64,000 bases of DNA from Kiritimatiellia bacterium (GCA_017406465.1 JAFQYM010000009.1:8221-72220), one strand, 5' to 3'; positions 9,616-19,928 are shown, counted from the first letter of the stretch. Translations and numbers: made by a program. Notes: generated from the letters alone by a model not told the origin.

Positions 9616-11343
9616 ATGAACACTAACACAAAGCTGATGGCTGCTATGATCGCGCTGGCCGGGATGTGCGGTCTTATCGGAATGACAACAATCCATGCTG
9701 CAGCGCCCGCACTGACGACGAGCCACGCCATCGCATTGACGGCAGGCGTGGCGATACTTGCCTTGATAATTACAGTGGGGCAGAGGCGGCTCTCTTCAGT
9801 GGGACTTACTGCAGCACTGTGCGTAGCCGTGCTCTGCCTCTGTTGCTTCATCGAGGAATCCGATTACGGCTTCAACCGGAAACTCGTGGCGTTCGGATGG
9901 CAAGTGATGGAACCGTCGTTCTTTATAACGCCGTCACTCGTATTGCTATTCGCATGGGCGCGGCGCAGCCATCAGGGGACGATTTTCTTTGCCACCACCA
10001 CAATCGCGGCCCTTCTCCTCGCGGTATACATGCCGAGACTTTCCGAAGCGACGCTCGTGCTTGTCCTCGCCGCCACCGTGTATGGCTTCGTTGTCCGCAT
10101 CCAGAGACACAAGCGCGTTCGTTGCCTGATTGCTGCCGCAATCGCTCTCTCGCCGTTTGTGGTCCGCGAGGTTCAGATGCAGATGTCTGGGCGCAGTTGG
10201 TTCAGCCCCAATTCGCTTATTGGCAGCTACACCGAATTTTCGTGGTACATGGTTGCCAATTCCCCGTGGATTAGGACATCGGAGCTTTCACGTACACTTC
10301 CTCCTATTGGCAGCATTAACGGAAATGTTCTCGGCTTCGCATCGTATTATTGCGGAAAGTGGACGCTCGTTACTCTCGCCTGTATCCTACCACTTCTTGC
10401 GATTTGCCTCATTGTCGCAGTTCGTCGCGCACGCACATCCTCGCAAAAGATCCTTGCCGTCGGCGGAGCGGTTGCTCTTATTGCGGAAATGATCTTGGGC
10501 GCTCTTCACTTCTTCTTCCTCATCCCACGCCACACGAGCTATGTGCCTTTCGTATCCCCGGACAACAGCTATACAGTCGCGTGTTTCGCGCTGCTTGGCC
10601 TTGTCCTCGCGACATTGCGCAAGGATTTGGGCAGCTCCGAGCGAATCAGGCACAAACGCAGATTCGACGCTATCGCATTCGGGACGATCCTTGTGGCAAT
10701 CACCATGGCCGGGGCAATGCTGCTTATTCACAACGAGTCACTTCCCCAGACAAAAATTGCCCGCAGGCTACCGGAAAGCGCGTCCGGTTTCTCATTCGAT
10801 GTCAAAAACGGCATACTGACAGACGACCTCGCAATTGTCCCTGTCAAGAAGTCCACTGGCATTGGAGAACCATCAATCGTCACTGCACTCGCGACCTTTC
10901 GTGACGGCAAGCGGATTTGGAATGAAGACATCAGCCACGAGCCGCCCATAGTCAATGCCAGATGCAGAATCCGCCCTGATGGTTGCATGGCGCTAGACTG
11001 CCGCGACCTTTATGAAGACGAATTCACACTTGTCTTCAAGCCACCGACTGGCGGCAGCACCACACCAGAATCATCAGTTACTGGCGAGCGATGGAGAATC
11101 TCCCTCGATCCGCAAGGGCACCTTGGGTGCACAAATCTCTGGACAGCCGCCCGCGTCACGCAAGCCATCTCCAAAAAACTAAACCTCGACTACGGCTTTG
11201 TCAGCAATGCGATGTCACGAGCCGACTCTCGCTACATAAAGCTGAAAATAACATCCGACCCTGACGAGGTAGCTTGCGCAAGGCGAAACCGACGCTTTTG
11301 GCGCCTCGTCATCGAAAAGGAATCTGCAATAGAGAATCAATAG
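9616..11343 (+). CDS. Polytopic membrane protein with a soluble C-terminal domain, hypothetical
   Basis: About 9-10 hydrophobic segments in the first 370 aa. RBS AAGGAGAG. No recognisable motif in the C-terminal 200 aa. Confidence 0.6.
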   Translation: MNTNTKLMAAMIALAGMCGLIGMTTIHAAAPALTTSHAIALTAGVAILALIITVGQRRLSSVGLTAALCVAVLCLCCFIEESDYGFNRKLVAFGWQVMEPSFFITPSLVLLFAWARRSHQGTIFFATTTIAALLLAVYMPRLSEATLVLVLAATVYGFVVRIQRHKRVRCLIAAAIALSPFVVREVQMQMSGRSWFSPNSLIGSYTEFSWYMVANSPWIRTSELSRTLPPIGSINGNVLGFASYYCGKWTLVTLACILPLLAICLIVAVRRARTSSQKILAVGGAVALIAEMILGALHFFFLIPRHTSYVPFVSPDNSYTVACFALLGLVLATLRKDLGSSERIRHKRRFDAIAFGTILVAITMAGAMLLIHNESLPQTKIARRLPESASGFSFDVKNGILTDDLAIVPVKKSTGIGEPSIVTALATFRDGKRIWNEDISHEPPIVNARCRIRPDGCMALDCRDLYEDEFTLVFKPPTGGSTTPESSVTGERWRISLDPQGHLGCTNLWTAARVTQAISKKLNLDYGFVSNAMSRADSRYIKLKITSDPDEVACARRNRRFWRLVIEKESAIENQ

Positions 11344-11378
11344 ACGACAAAACACCCGAGAAAGAATAAAAGACAGAA

Positions 11379-14348
11379 ATGAGAAAAATCATGTGCGAAG
11401 TGCAACCATTGTATTCAGAGGCCTACTCAAAAATCCTCGCTCTCGCGACTCGCTATGCAGCGGGGACTGACGACAACGTCCTCCGCCTCAAGCACCTTCT
11501 TGCGGCATTTCTCGACACTGATGCGGACATCTTTCGCGAGATACTCGGCGTCAAGCGGCTTATACGCCCGGAGAGCCTTTTATTCGAACCGAGAGAGCAA
11601 GACGGTGAGATCTTTCTCTCTTCTCAAGTCAACCGCATCCTCTCGCTGCACGGCGGGAGAATGGACGACGTCTCAGACGCGCTCGGACCCGTAATCGAGC
11701 TGGGGCTCCCGCACCTCGCGGCGGCAATGCTGATCAAACCCCGCGGCCCCGTACTCGAACTTCTCCAGCTAAATGCCATAGTGTCGGACAACGCTTCGTA
11801 CGTTGACGCCGTAATGGCCAGGGCACAAGAACTCGCCGACACGGAGTTTCAGAAGTCCTGCGCAAAGGAACGCGCAGACAGGATGAGGACGCTCAAGCAG
11901 ATAAAGACCGATCTCTCCAAAACTTGCCGCGGGCAGGACAAGGCCATCGAGGCGCTTATTGCCCATGTCGCAACAGCGATGATCGAACCGCCGTCGGCAC
12001 GAGGCTTCCGCCCCATCTCTGCGGCCTTTATTGGCGGCTCGGGAACGGGCAAGTCCATGATGGCCACGGCCTTCCGCGACGCATGGGCGCATGCGTTCGG
12101 CGGCGGAAAGCCAGACATCGTCGATATGAGCCGCTTCTCTGTCGAACAGCTCATAACTGAGATATGCGGACGCGACCCCTGCTGGAAAGACGGCGGGAAG
12201 GAAGGACAAGTCACCAGGCTCGCCGCTAAGTTCCCGCATGGCGTCATCATCCTCGAAAACATAGACAAGGCCCATCCAGGAGCCCTCGTGCCAATAGCGA
12301 ACATGCTAACCACGGGAAGGCTTGTTGATGAATTTACAGCAAAGGAGGTCTCGTTTGCAAGGAACATCGTAATCCTGACAACCAATCAGGGAACAACCTA
12401 CATCGAATCTGGGAAGTTCGCCCATCTCTGCTCGCGCAATGGCGGGACGATTCCACGGGAAAAGCTCGTCGAGGGCATAACCGCCGCGCTTGAGACGGAA
12501 ACGCCCGAGAAGGCCGGCATCCTCGCCGAAATCCTCAAGAAGGCGGACGTCCCCATCCTCTTCAAGCGCCATGACGTCCGTTCGATGTCTGCAATCATCG
12601 GCGACGCCATCGACAATACGCTCGCGCAAGTGAAGTCACTGTTCAAGGCGGAAATCGAGGCCGACCGAGAGAAGCTCATCGCCTTCTTCATCGAGACGCT
12701 CCAGAATCTTGATTCGGCGCACGGCATTGCACAGGTGATAGAGGACACCCTCGTCACGCGCCTTGAAAGGGAACTGCTGGACACGTCAGACCCAAAAGAC
12801 CTCGACGGTGCGCGAATCTCCATTGTCGTTGACGACCTTCCCGAGCTCGACATCCCGCCCGCGCTGAAATCCAATGGCGCGCTCTCGACGCTGGAGAAGC
12901 GCACGTGGGCCAGACTTCGGCAAGCACTGCAGCTCGAATACGACATCAAAGTGACCTTCGCCGACGGCGCAACTACATTGCGCATCACAAACCTCAGGCA
13001 CACTGTCATGCCGGCCATTGAAGATGCCGGCTGGTTCAGCGTCTGTCCGCCAAACACACGGCCAGAAGACCTCGTAGGGCTGGAAGCCGCATGGGCGCGC
13101 GTACGGAAGTTCCTGGCAAGCACACACAACAACAAAGCCGAGGGTTTCAAGCCCGACCACATTCTCCTGTATGGCCCCCCAGGCACAGGCAAGACCGCCT
13201 TTGCCAAGGCAATCGCCCACACGCTCAACCGCAGCTTCATCTGCGTCAATGCGGCAAAGTTCACGACATCCCGCAACGACAACCGTGCCGTCAGGTGGAT
13301 ACAGAACCTTTTCGCAACGGCGGAAAGAACGCAGTCCATAATCTTCATAGATGAATGCGACGCCATTGGCTCGCGGGAACATTCAAATGCCTCGCAGGCC
13401 CCTGTCATCAACACGCTTCTAACTCTGCTGGACGGGTTTGAGGACAGCAATGTACTCGTAATCGGCGCAACCAATCGGCCCGACATGCTCGACCCCGCCC
13501 TGACGCGCCCAGGACGCCTCCATACCCGAATCAAGGTTGATGTCCTGCGCAGCCCCGACGACCGCCTGAAGCTCATCGACATCTTCTGTCGAAAGGCAAA
13601 GCGCACTATGCCAGAAAAGCTAAAGACCCTTATCGCGCTGGCCACGGACGGATGGGCGCCGGCAAACATCCTGAGCGTCCTGCGCGAGATGTTCGACATC
13701 GCGGGCGACGAAACGCCAACGCGCCGCATGTTCGCGCAGGCCAGGAACACGGAATTTGCAGGCGAGGAAACGCAGCGCCCGCAGCTGACGGACGAGGAAA
13801 AGCTGCATGTGGCAACCCATGAGGCGGGCCACGCGCTCGTCGCCACCCTCCGCAAGCAAAACTGGTTTCAGGTAACGATAAACGGCTTTGCAGACACCCT
13901 CGGATTCCTCGAGCACCTGGACGACGGTTGCATCGGAAAATCCATGGAGAAACTCAAGGAGAAGATTGACGTCGCTCTTGCGGGGAACGCCGCAGAACGA
14001 ATTCTCGGAACGGTCTCAGAGGGGAGCAAAAGCGACTTCGTGTCCGCGACCGGCTACGCAAGGAGGATCGTCTGCGGCGGCTTCTGCGAAGGCGACGAAC
14101 TTGCCGTGACGCCAAACTTCGCCGAAGGAGGCCGTTACTGGGAGCGCATACGCCCCAAGGTAAACGCAATCCTCGCAGACCGGATGAAGATCGTGTCCTC
14201 TCTTCTCACAAAGCACAAGACCGCGCTGAAGATCGTCGCCAACGACCTCGTCCAGTGCGGGACTCTCTTCCAGGAAGACGTTGAAGCTGCACTTCACCGC
14301 AGGAGAGGCACCGTCGTCAAAGGGAAAGGAAGTCACGGCAATGAATAA
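11379..14348 (+). CDS. Chimeric soluble AAA+ protease with four domains and no transmembrane segment: Clp_N-like N-domain, ClpA/B D2-type AAA module, FtsH-type AAA module, M41 zinc-peptidase domain
   Basis: First domain: Clp_N-like LKHLLAAFL. Second: LKQIKTDLSKTCRGQDKAIEALIAHV…FIGGSGTGKSM…VIILENIDKAHPGALVPIANMLTTGRL…NIVILTTNQG, the ClpA/B D2 signature. Third: LLYGPPGTGKTAFAKAIA…IIFIDECDAIG…ATNRPDMLDPALTRPGRLHTRI, the FtsH AAA with SRH. Fourth: THEAGHALVA, the M41 HEXXH. Confidence 0.7.
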   Translation: MRKIMCEVQPLYSEAYSKILALATRYAAGTDDNVLRLKHLLAAFLDTDADIFREILGVKRLIRPESLLFEPREQDGEIFLSSQVNRILSLHGGRMDDVSDALGPVIELGLPHLAAAMLIKPRGPVLELLQLNAIVSDNASYVDAVMARAQELADTEFQKSCAKERADRMRTLKQIKTDLSKTCRGQDKAIEALIAHVATAMIEPPSARGFRPISAAFIGGSGTGKSMMATAFRDAWAHAFGGGKPDIVDMSRFSVEQLITEICGRDPCWKDGGKEGQVTRLAAKFPHGVIILENIDKAHPGALVPIANMLTTGRLVDEFTAKEVSFARNIVILTTNQGTTYIESGKFAHLCSRNGGTIPREKLVEGITAALETETPEKAGILAEILKKADVPILFKRHDVRSMSAIIGDAIDNTLAQVKSLFKAEIEADREKLIAFFIETLQNLDSAHGIAQVIEDTLVTRLERELLDTSDPKDLDGARISIVVDDLPELDIPPALKSNGALSTLEKRTWARLRQALQLEYDIKVTFADGATTLRITNLRHTVMPAIEDAGWFSVCPPNTRPEDLVGLEAAWARVRKFLASTHNNKAEGFKPDHILLYGPPGTGKTAFAKAIAHTLNRSFICVNAAKFTTSRNDNRAVRWIQNLFATAERTQSIIFIDECDAIGSREHSNASQAPVINTLLTLLDGFEDSNVLVIGATNRPDMLDPALTRPGRLHTRIKVDVLRSPDDRLKLIDIFCRKAKRTMPEKLKTLIALATDGWAPANILSVLREMFDIAGDETPTRRMFAQARNTEFAGEETQRPQLTDEEKLHVATHEAGHALVATLRKQNWFQVTINGFADTLGFLEHLDDGCIGKSMEKLKEKIDVALAGNAAERILGTVSEGSKSDFVSATGYARRIVCGGFCEGDELAVTPNFAEGGRYWERIRPKVNAILADRMKIVSSLLTKHKTALKIVANDLVQCGTLFQEDVEAALHRRRGTVVKGKGSHGNE

Positions 14349-14787
14349 AATGTGGGAACCAGAATTCGAGGACTGGTCAGAGGGCAGGGTCTTCCTGTCG
14401 TCATGCGAACTGTCGACGCAATGCTCGGCGCGGAACGAATACGGCGTCATGATGCAGGTGGGAACGGACGACAATCCGTATCCAGTGGATGCCGCGATAT
14501 TCTGGATAGACGAAATGCACCTCTATCTCCGCTATGACTGGGGTCTGTGGTACAAGATTTCCAACGACGACCCGGACAACTGCGCCAACCTCTGCAAAAG
14601 GACCTCCGCGACGCTTCTCCTATGCACAACCTCGTCAATCAAGCACCACGCAGTAAAGGTCTATCACATCGACAGACTCCCCAAAGAGCTGTTCGGGCAG
14701 GAGGAAAGTGACGCCTCAGCCGGACTCGAGGCGATCCAGCTCGACCTTGACTTTATTTCGTCGCCGGGAGACGGCGAAATCCCTTAG
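14341..14787 (+). CDS. Small hypothetical protein translationally coupled to the chimeric AAA protease
   Basis: ATG overlaps the upstream stop (aATGAATAAAATG). Trp/Cys-rich, with no known motif. Confidence 0.45.
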   Translation: MNKMWEPEFEDWSEGRVFLSSCELSTQCSARNEYGVMMQVGTDDNPYPVDAAIFWIDEMHLYLRYDWGLWYKISNDDPDNCANLCKRTSATLLLCTTSSIKHHAVKVYHIDRLPKELFGQEESDASAGLEAIQLDLDFISSPGDGEIP

Positions 14788-14921
14788 GATGCTTTTGCGC
14801 AAGAGAAGGATCCTTCGTCCAATGTCTCGCTCGTTAAACACGACAGGGCGAGCCTGCGCGGCAGCGCGAACACGCGAACGCCATTCCAGCGGAGTGGTCG
14901 AAACTGTCGTTCTGTCGCCCA

Positions 14922-17381
14922 TCAAGGAATTCCGTCGAAGTGGGTTTTAAGGAATTTGACGCGGCGCTTGGCCAAATCCGTATCGTGATCCGCGAAATAA
15001 GCCGTCATATGGGGGCTCGAGAGGATCGCTTCGAGAATACCGCTCGCATCCGCCCGCCCAGCGAGATAGTGGGCGACGAAGGCGATGAAAAGCGCCCTTT
15101 CAGACTCGTCGAAAAACGCCCCGCCGACGATGTCGTCGACAACGTTCGTCTGTCGCGCATGGGTGCGCCCGGTGCGAAGATAGCTCGCGGACGCAATATC
15201 CAGATGCCAGGGGAACGGGAAGTCAAAATCGTGATTAGAGGCGATGAGGATGTGCGTGAAGAATGCGAAGAGGTCTGCTTTCCTCTCCCAGAGCGCGGCG
15301 TGCGCCACGGCAGTATGCACCATGAGGCGCGCGAACACGGCAATCATGACAAGAATCCGCGACTCGCCGGAAAGCTGGTTGTCTATCGTGCATGGGGGCT
15401 CAGATTTGAGCTTCGCCTTGAGTTCGTCCAGGTTGTCCGGCCAGAGTTCACGCTCTACGAGCTCCGCCTTTTCGGCCTCAAGTCGGGCAATCAATCCGCT
15501 GCGCATCTCTGGCGCACACGTCCAGGTGAGATTGGCGGCGAAGGCATGCTTGACATAGCGATTGGCGTCCATGTCGTGCAGGATTTCAAGCGCCTTGGCC
15601 ATAGACATGATCCAGCGTCCGAGGCAGATATCATCTCTCGTAAAGTAGAGATCCCAGAGCACGTCTGCCTTGTCGCAGACTTCCTTGAAATCAATGCCCT
15701 TGTACGAAATCGAGCTTACGGACGGGAATGGGGTTCGCTTCGGCGCCGCAAGAGCACCGTTCTTCTTCCGCCAGTTCTGCAGCCATTCTTCGCGTTCCAC
15801 CTGAAGTCCAGAGTTCCTTTCTTCAGCGCATTTTGCTGAAAGGCCTGCAAGATATCGCACTATCCAGTCGCGGAACTGCGGCGTCTCTTCGCCGGAGAAA
15901 GGCATCCGTTCCGGCAAGACGCGCACAGCACAGCGTTCCTCGTTCAAGAATGAAACTCGAGACATCGAGGCCTTTTTGTTCCCCGTAAGCACCTTGTCCA
16001 TCACCGCGTACTGGAGTGACGCAGCCCCCTCCAGCATAAGGGTCATCAGCGCATCGCGCACACCTGTCTTGCCGACCGATCCGGGCAGATCGGAGATGTT
16101 GCCCCTGTCGAGCACGCCACGCACGAACTGCACAGTCGAGCTCGCGTCATTGAAGGCTTCGCGGCGCTGCTGTTCCGTGTACTTTGCAACGACACAGTCG
16201 CGGTTGACATCACAAGCATAGACAAGTTCACGGAAAATCGGCATAACCGCCTCCCAAAATGCAGAAGCGTTGGCGAAGCCGCTCTTGTCAAGGTAGAAGC
16301 GGCTTTCAACAGGGCGTTCGCAGACGCCGATCTCCTTTAGCAACTTCTCCTCCTCGACTTGTGCGAATTCATCAGGGCGCGAAACGACCCAGTCGTAAAT
16401 CACATTTGCCGCCTTGAGTATCTTCTTGTGCGTCCCCAGCTTGCGAAGCTTGTTCTTGATCCGCACCATGCACTGGGCCACGGACTCCAGCATAACGCGC
16501 GTCGCGGCGGCATTTGTCGAATGTGCATCCGACTCCTTGAGTATAACGTCAGAGAGAACCGCCATCGCGACCCACTGGCGCTCGAAGCGCATATGCGTCC
16601 CAGTCACGTTCGGATCCATCGCGAATTCGTGTTCACGGGCGAATGAGAGCTGCGTAAAGCGGTCGTAGTGGTAGTACTTCAGGAGCGGATTGCGCTTTCG
16701 ATAGTCGTTATGGACATTGGAGAACCCCGAGAGCGGGAGCGTGACGTCGTCGCGTTCCTCGACGTACAGCCCAAGCTCGCCTGCGGCTACCGCTCGGGCG
16801 GCAAGCGCTAGCGCGGCAATTCGGCGGAGAGCGCCCTGTTCATCAGACTTGAGCGCCTCGTAGATGCGCAACTGGAGAAAGCGGTTCATTTCCCAGTCCA
16901 TTGCCCCCCAGACGCCACCCCCAGCGCGTTCGTAGAGGAACCTCTCGAACGCTAGCCGCAGCCCATGACCACGGCTGCGGATGTCTCTCGACGACACATT
17001 CCTCTTCGCCGCAAACCAGAAATCTGGCAGAAACGCAAGTGGTTCGAAAGTGCGCGCGAACGTCGTGAATCCGTTGGGGTTCTTCCTTATCTCGCCGTCG
17101 TTCGACTTCTTCGCCCGACTCAGAATGTAGATGTCGCGAAAGACTTCATACCACCGCATCAACGCGGTTGGCCGCCCGACCGACCTCCCGCCTTTGCCCA
17201 CACATGCAATATATTCTTCATGCGCAACCTCATTGAGCACCTCCACCTCCTGCGCGAGCGCCAATCGGCCACGAGAGGACTCAAACTTCTGGAAGAACGC
17301 CGCGACCTCGTCAGGGATGCTGTCGACAATCTCCTGGAAGCGAAGATGCGGTCTGCTACGCGATTTCAAAGTTTTTCCCAT
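14922..17381 (-). CDS. Hypothetical 819-aa protein, last gene of the giant minus-strand operon
   Basis: Long clean ORF, 24 nt after the upstream gene. No recognisable motif. Confidence 0.6.
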   Translation of the reverse strand: MGKTLKSRSRPHLRFQEIVDSIPDEVAAFFQKFESSRGRLALAQEVEVLNEVAHEEYIACVGKGGRSVGRPTALMRWYEVFRDIYILSRAKKSNDGEIRKNPNGFTTFARTFEPLAFLPDFWFAAKRNVSSRDIRSRGHGLRLAFERFLYERAGGGVWGAMDWEMNRFLQLRIYEALKSDEQGALRRIAALALAARAVAAGELGLYVEERDDVTLPLSGFSNVHNDYRKRNPLLKYYHYDRFTQLSFAREHEFAMDPNVTGTHMRFERQWVAMAVLSDVILKESDAHSTNAAATRVMLESVAQCMVRIKNKLRKLGTHKKILKAANVIYDWVVSRPDEFAQVEEEKLLKEIGVCERPVESRFYLDKSGFANASAFWEAVMPIFRELVYACDVNRDCVVAKYTEQQRREAFNDASSTVQFVRGVLDRGNISDLPGSVGKTGVRDALMTLMLEGAASLQYAVMDKVLTGNKKASMSRVSFLNEERCAVRVLPERMPFSGEETPQFRDWIVRYLAGLSAKCAEERNSGLQVEREEWLQNWRKKNGALAAPKRTPFPSVSSISYKGIDFKEVCDKADVLWDLYFTRDDICLGRWIMSMAKALEILHDMDANRYVKHAFAANLTWTCAPEMRSGLIARLEAEKAELVERELWPDNLDELKAKLKSEPPCTIDNQLSGESRILVMIAVFARLMVHTAVAHAALWERKADLFAFFTHILIASNHDFDFPFPWHLDIASASYLRTGRTHARQTNVVDDIVGGAFFDESERALFIAFVAHYLAGRADASGILEAILSSPHMTAYFADHDTDLAKRRVKFLKTHFDGIP

Positions 17382-17405
17382 GACTCTCGCATTTACGTAG
17401 AATAT

Positions 17406-19928
17406 CTATGTCAAGAACAGCGGGAACAAGTCACGTGCTTTCAGGAGCAAATCGTCCAATGCCTTGCCGTTCATATCCTTTGCTCCATGATCGACAAGCC
17501 AATCGATGAAATCGCGCCAATGCACCTTCAGGGCATCATAGGCTTCTTTGGACTCGTCTTTGGCAAGCCCCTTGGCGGCAACATAGCGATCCTTGACGAT
17601 CTGCGGCAGCTTCGCAGACATTCCGGCGATGCTTTTGTATGAATTCTCCGCCTGGATGTTCCACGTAAGCTCGATTTCGCCTTCGGCCCATGATTTATGA
17701 ACGATCTGCTTCGTGTGCTGGATGTAGTTTGTTCCGCCCTCATCGATGAACTTGCACTTGATCTCCTCGCCATTCGCCGTCGCGCGGTCGACAAGCACCT
17801 TCTGCGCCGCATCGATATTCCGTCTTGTCGCCCCGTCGTCCCAATCTCCGGGGACAAGGAGGCGCAGGTCGATGTCGAACCCACCTTTCAGCACGGCATC
17901 GTAGCCAAGCGACCCGCCGACGAAATACTCCGCTCCCGCGATGCCGCAGTCCTTCACGAGCCGTTCGCCCTCCTCCCGTGCAAGCGCCAGCAGCGCCGGC
18001 GTCTTCGGGTTGCGGAACTTCACCGCCATCCCCGCCGGATCGGCAACCGCATACTTCTTGTAGAATTCTTCAGGTGTCATAGTTATCTTATATGCTATTT
18101 GTTCTAGGAATGTCGGAGCCTCGGCAATCTGCGCCCTGTCTTTCTCCTGCGCTTCATCGTTGAAACGGTTGTTATAGTTCGCCAACTCGGGACGTATCGG
18201 ATTTGAATTGCAGTTCATCTTCACCTCGGCGATCCAACGGCGATGCGTAGCCTTTGCAAGAATCTCGCCGACAGCGCTCCCGATTGGCACGCCAAGCCCC
18301 ATTCCGCATCCATCGGCGACATCTACAAATTCCAACCCAACTGAATGGAAAAGCTCTTTGAATGAATCGACCCTCTGTTTGAATTTCTCTTTGCGGTAAA
18401 TCGACGTATATTCATTGTTGCCGACATCCCACTCCTCGCGATTCTTGAAAATTGCCCTTGCAAGCCTTTCCCTGCGCCAGGCATTGTATGCGGCGCCATT
18501 CTTAAAGCCGAAATAATACACGCTGTCGCATTCCGGCAAATCAAGGAAGTCTTCGTTGGGGCGGTTCACGCCGAATGTCTCGATATCCTGCCTGACATAT
18601 ATCCTGAAATCCGCCTTGCTCCCGTCAAGGAGGTCAAGGAGGTCTTTCATTATCTCCAATGCGGCCGTCGCATCCGTAATCGAGATCACGACGCTTGTCT
18701 GTGCGTCATCCGATACCAGGGCCTTTATTTTGTCCAAGAAGGCGGAACTGTAATATCCTTCTTTCACATCCTCGATTGACAGCTCGAGATGTGTGGTGGG
18801 CGCCTTAATCTCCGGATACTCGCGCAAGAACGCACGGCTTGGGGCCTCCGTGTTTTCTCCAATGACGCGGATTTCCGTTTTCACTTCGTCGCCGTAGTGG
18901 GCGACCCTGGCCGCTTCGACAGCCAATGCCTGCCCCATCTGCGAGAAGCCGACAATCACGACACGCACTGTTTTCTTGCAGTCATGATGCATAAACCGCA
19001 ATGCAGGATATGCCGCGCGGTCTTTTGTCGGCAACATCGCCCACAGCCGCTTGCTCCAATTGTCATAGAAGTTGAAGTAGTCAAGCAGCAACGGATAACT
19101 GTTGCTCGCCTTGCGGCTTCGCTTGAGACGACTGAATAAAAGGAAGGATGCAATCTTCACATGGGCAACAATCTGAGAATTCGGATCCGTGCATTTGCCT
19201 CCGAGCCGCTTGTTGAGCCTCGCCACGAGGTTCAACATGCGGGCATCATGCCCAGACTCCTCCGACTCGCCTACCAGATATATCTCTCGCGCCGCATCAA
19301 GGGAATAATTGGCAATGATGTCGTCCACATCATCGTAATGACCGCGGCAGACGGAAACATAGAGCTTTTCGTCCTTGCCGCAGGCCCTTATTAGCTTTCG
19401 GATTTCCGGCACGTCCTGCACGGTCACGACGGCCACTCGGCGCTCCAAGCCAAGCCGCCCCATGAATTTGTCGTACTCGCTGATTTCCTTTATCAACGTG
19501 GGGACATTGTCATCCCATCCCAGTATGATCGTATGCCCGCCCTCGCTTCGAAAGTCGTGATGTATCAGCCCGTTCCTTCTCCGTCTGCTGTAGTCCAGGC
19601 ATCGCGTCACAAGCGCCGAAAACAGCGCGCCGCTGCCGAGAAACCACGTAAAGGCAAACAGCAACGCACTCGCAAAAGCCGACACTCCGCCAGTCGCAAT
19701 CACCGTGTTTATGTCAAACAAGCTGGTGAATATCCATTTGAACACCCCCTGTTGACCATTTCTGCCAAAGGCAAACCCTAAAATGACCGCCAATATGGCA
19801 ATGCCCGCCAAGACCCACCAGAGATATTTGACAGGATTCCTCTCACCAGCCACCAAGAATCCAAGGAACCTACGGAGATTCCTTATCCTGGGCATTTCCT
19901 TAATAAAATCATTTAATTTGAAACGCAT
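17406..19928 (-). CDS. Membrane protein with a 2-TM pore-like N-terminus, two RCK (TrkA_N-like) Rossmann domains and a C-terminal Pol-beta-type nucleotidyltransferase domain
   Basis: TM1 LWWVLAGIAILAVILGFAF. Re-entrant and filter-like segment FTSLFDINTVIATGGVS. TM2 AFASALLFAFTWFLGSGALFSALV. RCK1 HTIILGWDDNVPTLIKEI. RCK2 RVVIVGFSQMGQALAVE. NTase hG[GS]x11DhDh: VGGSLGYDAVLKGGFDIDL. Confidence 0.6.
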   Translation of the reverse strand: MRFKLNDFIKEMPRIRNLRRFLGFLVAGERNPVKYLWWVLAGIAILAVILGFAFGRNGQQGVFKWIFTSLFDINTVIATGGVSAFASALLFAFTWFLGSGALFSALVTRCLDYSRRRRNGLIHHDFRSEGGHTIILGWDDNVPTLIKEISEYDKFMGRLGLERRVAVVTVQDVPEIRKLIRACGKDEKLYVSVCRGHYDDVDDIIANYSLDAAREIYLVGESEESGHDARMLNLVARLNKRLGGKCTDPNSQIVAHVKIASFLLFSRLKRSRKASNSYPLLLDYFNFYDNWSKRLWAMLPTKDRAAYPALRFMHHDCKKTVRVVIVGFSQMGQALAVEAARVAHYGDEVKTEIRVIGENTEAPSRAFLREYPEIKAPTTHLELSIEDVKEGYYSSAFLDKIKALVSDDAQTSVVISITDATAALEIMKDLLDLLDGSKADFRIYVRQDIETFGVNRPNEDFLDLPECDSVYYFGFKNGAAYNAWRRERLARAIFKNREEWDVGNNEYTSIYRKEKFKQRVDSFKELFHSVGLEFVDVADGCGMGLGVPIGSAVGEILAKATHRRWIAEVKMNCNSNPIRPELANYNNRFNDEAQEKDRAQIAEAPTFLEQIAYKITMTPEEFYKKYAVADPAGMAVKFRNPKTPALLALAREEGERLVKDCGIAGAEYFVGGSLGYDAVLKGGFDIDLRLLVPGDWDDGATRRNIDAAQKVLVDRATANGEEIKCKFIDEGGTNYIQHTKQIVHKSWAEGEIELTWNIQAENSYKSIAGMSAKLPQIVKDRYVAAKGLAKDESKEAYDALKVHWRDFIDWLVDHGAKDMNGKALDDLLLKARDLFPLFLT

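Noticed and set aside
14788-14921. Rho-independent terminator between the convergent gene ends
   Set aside because: Only a BamHI-like palindrome (aaggatcctt) and a weak 4-bp stem. No convincing GC hairpin followed by a T-tract.
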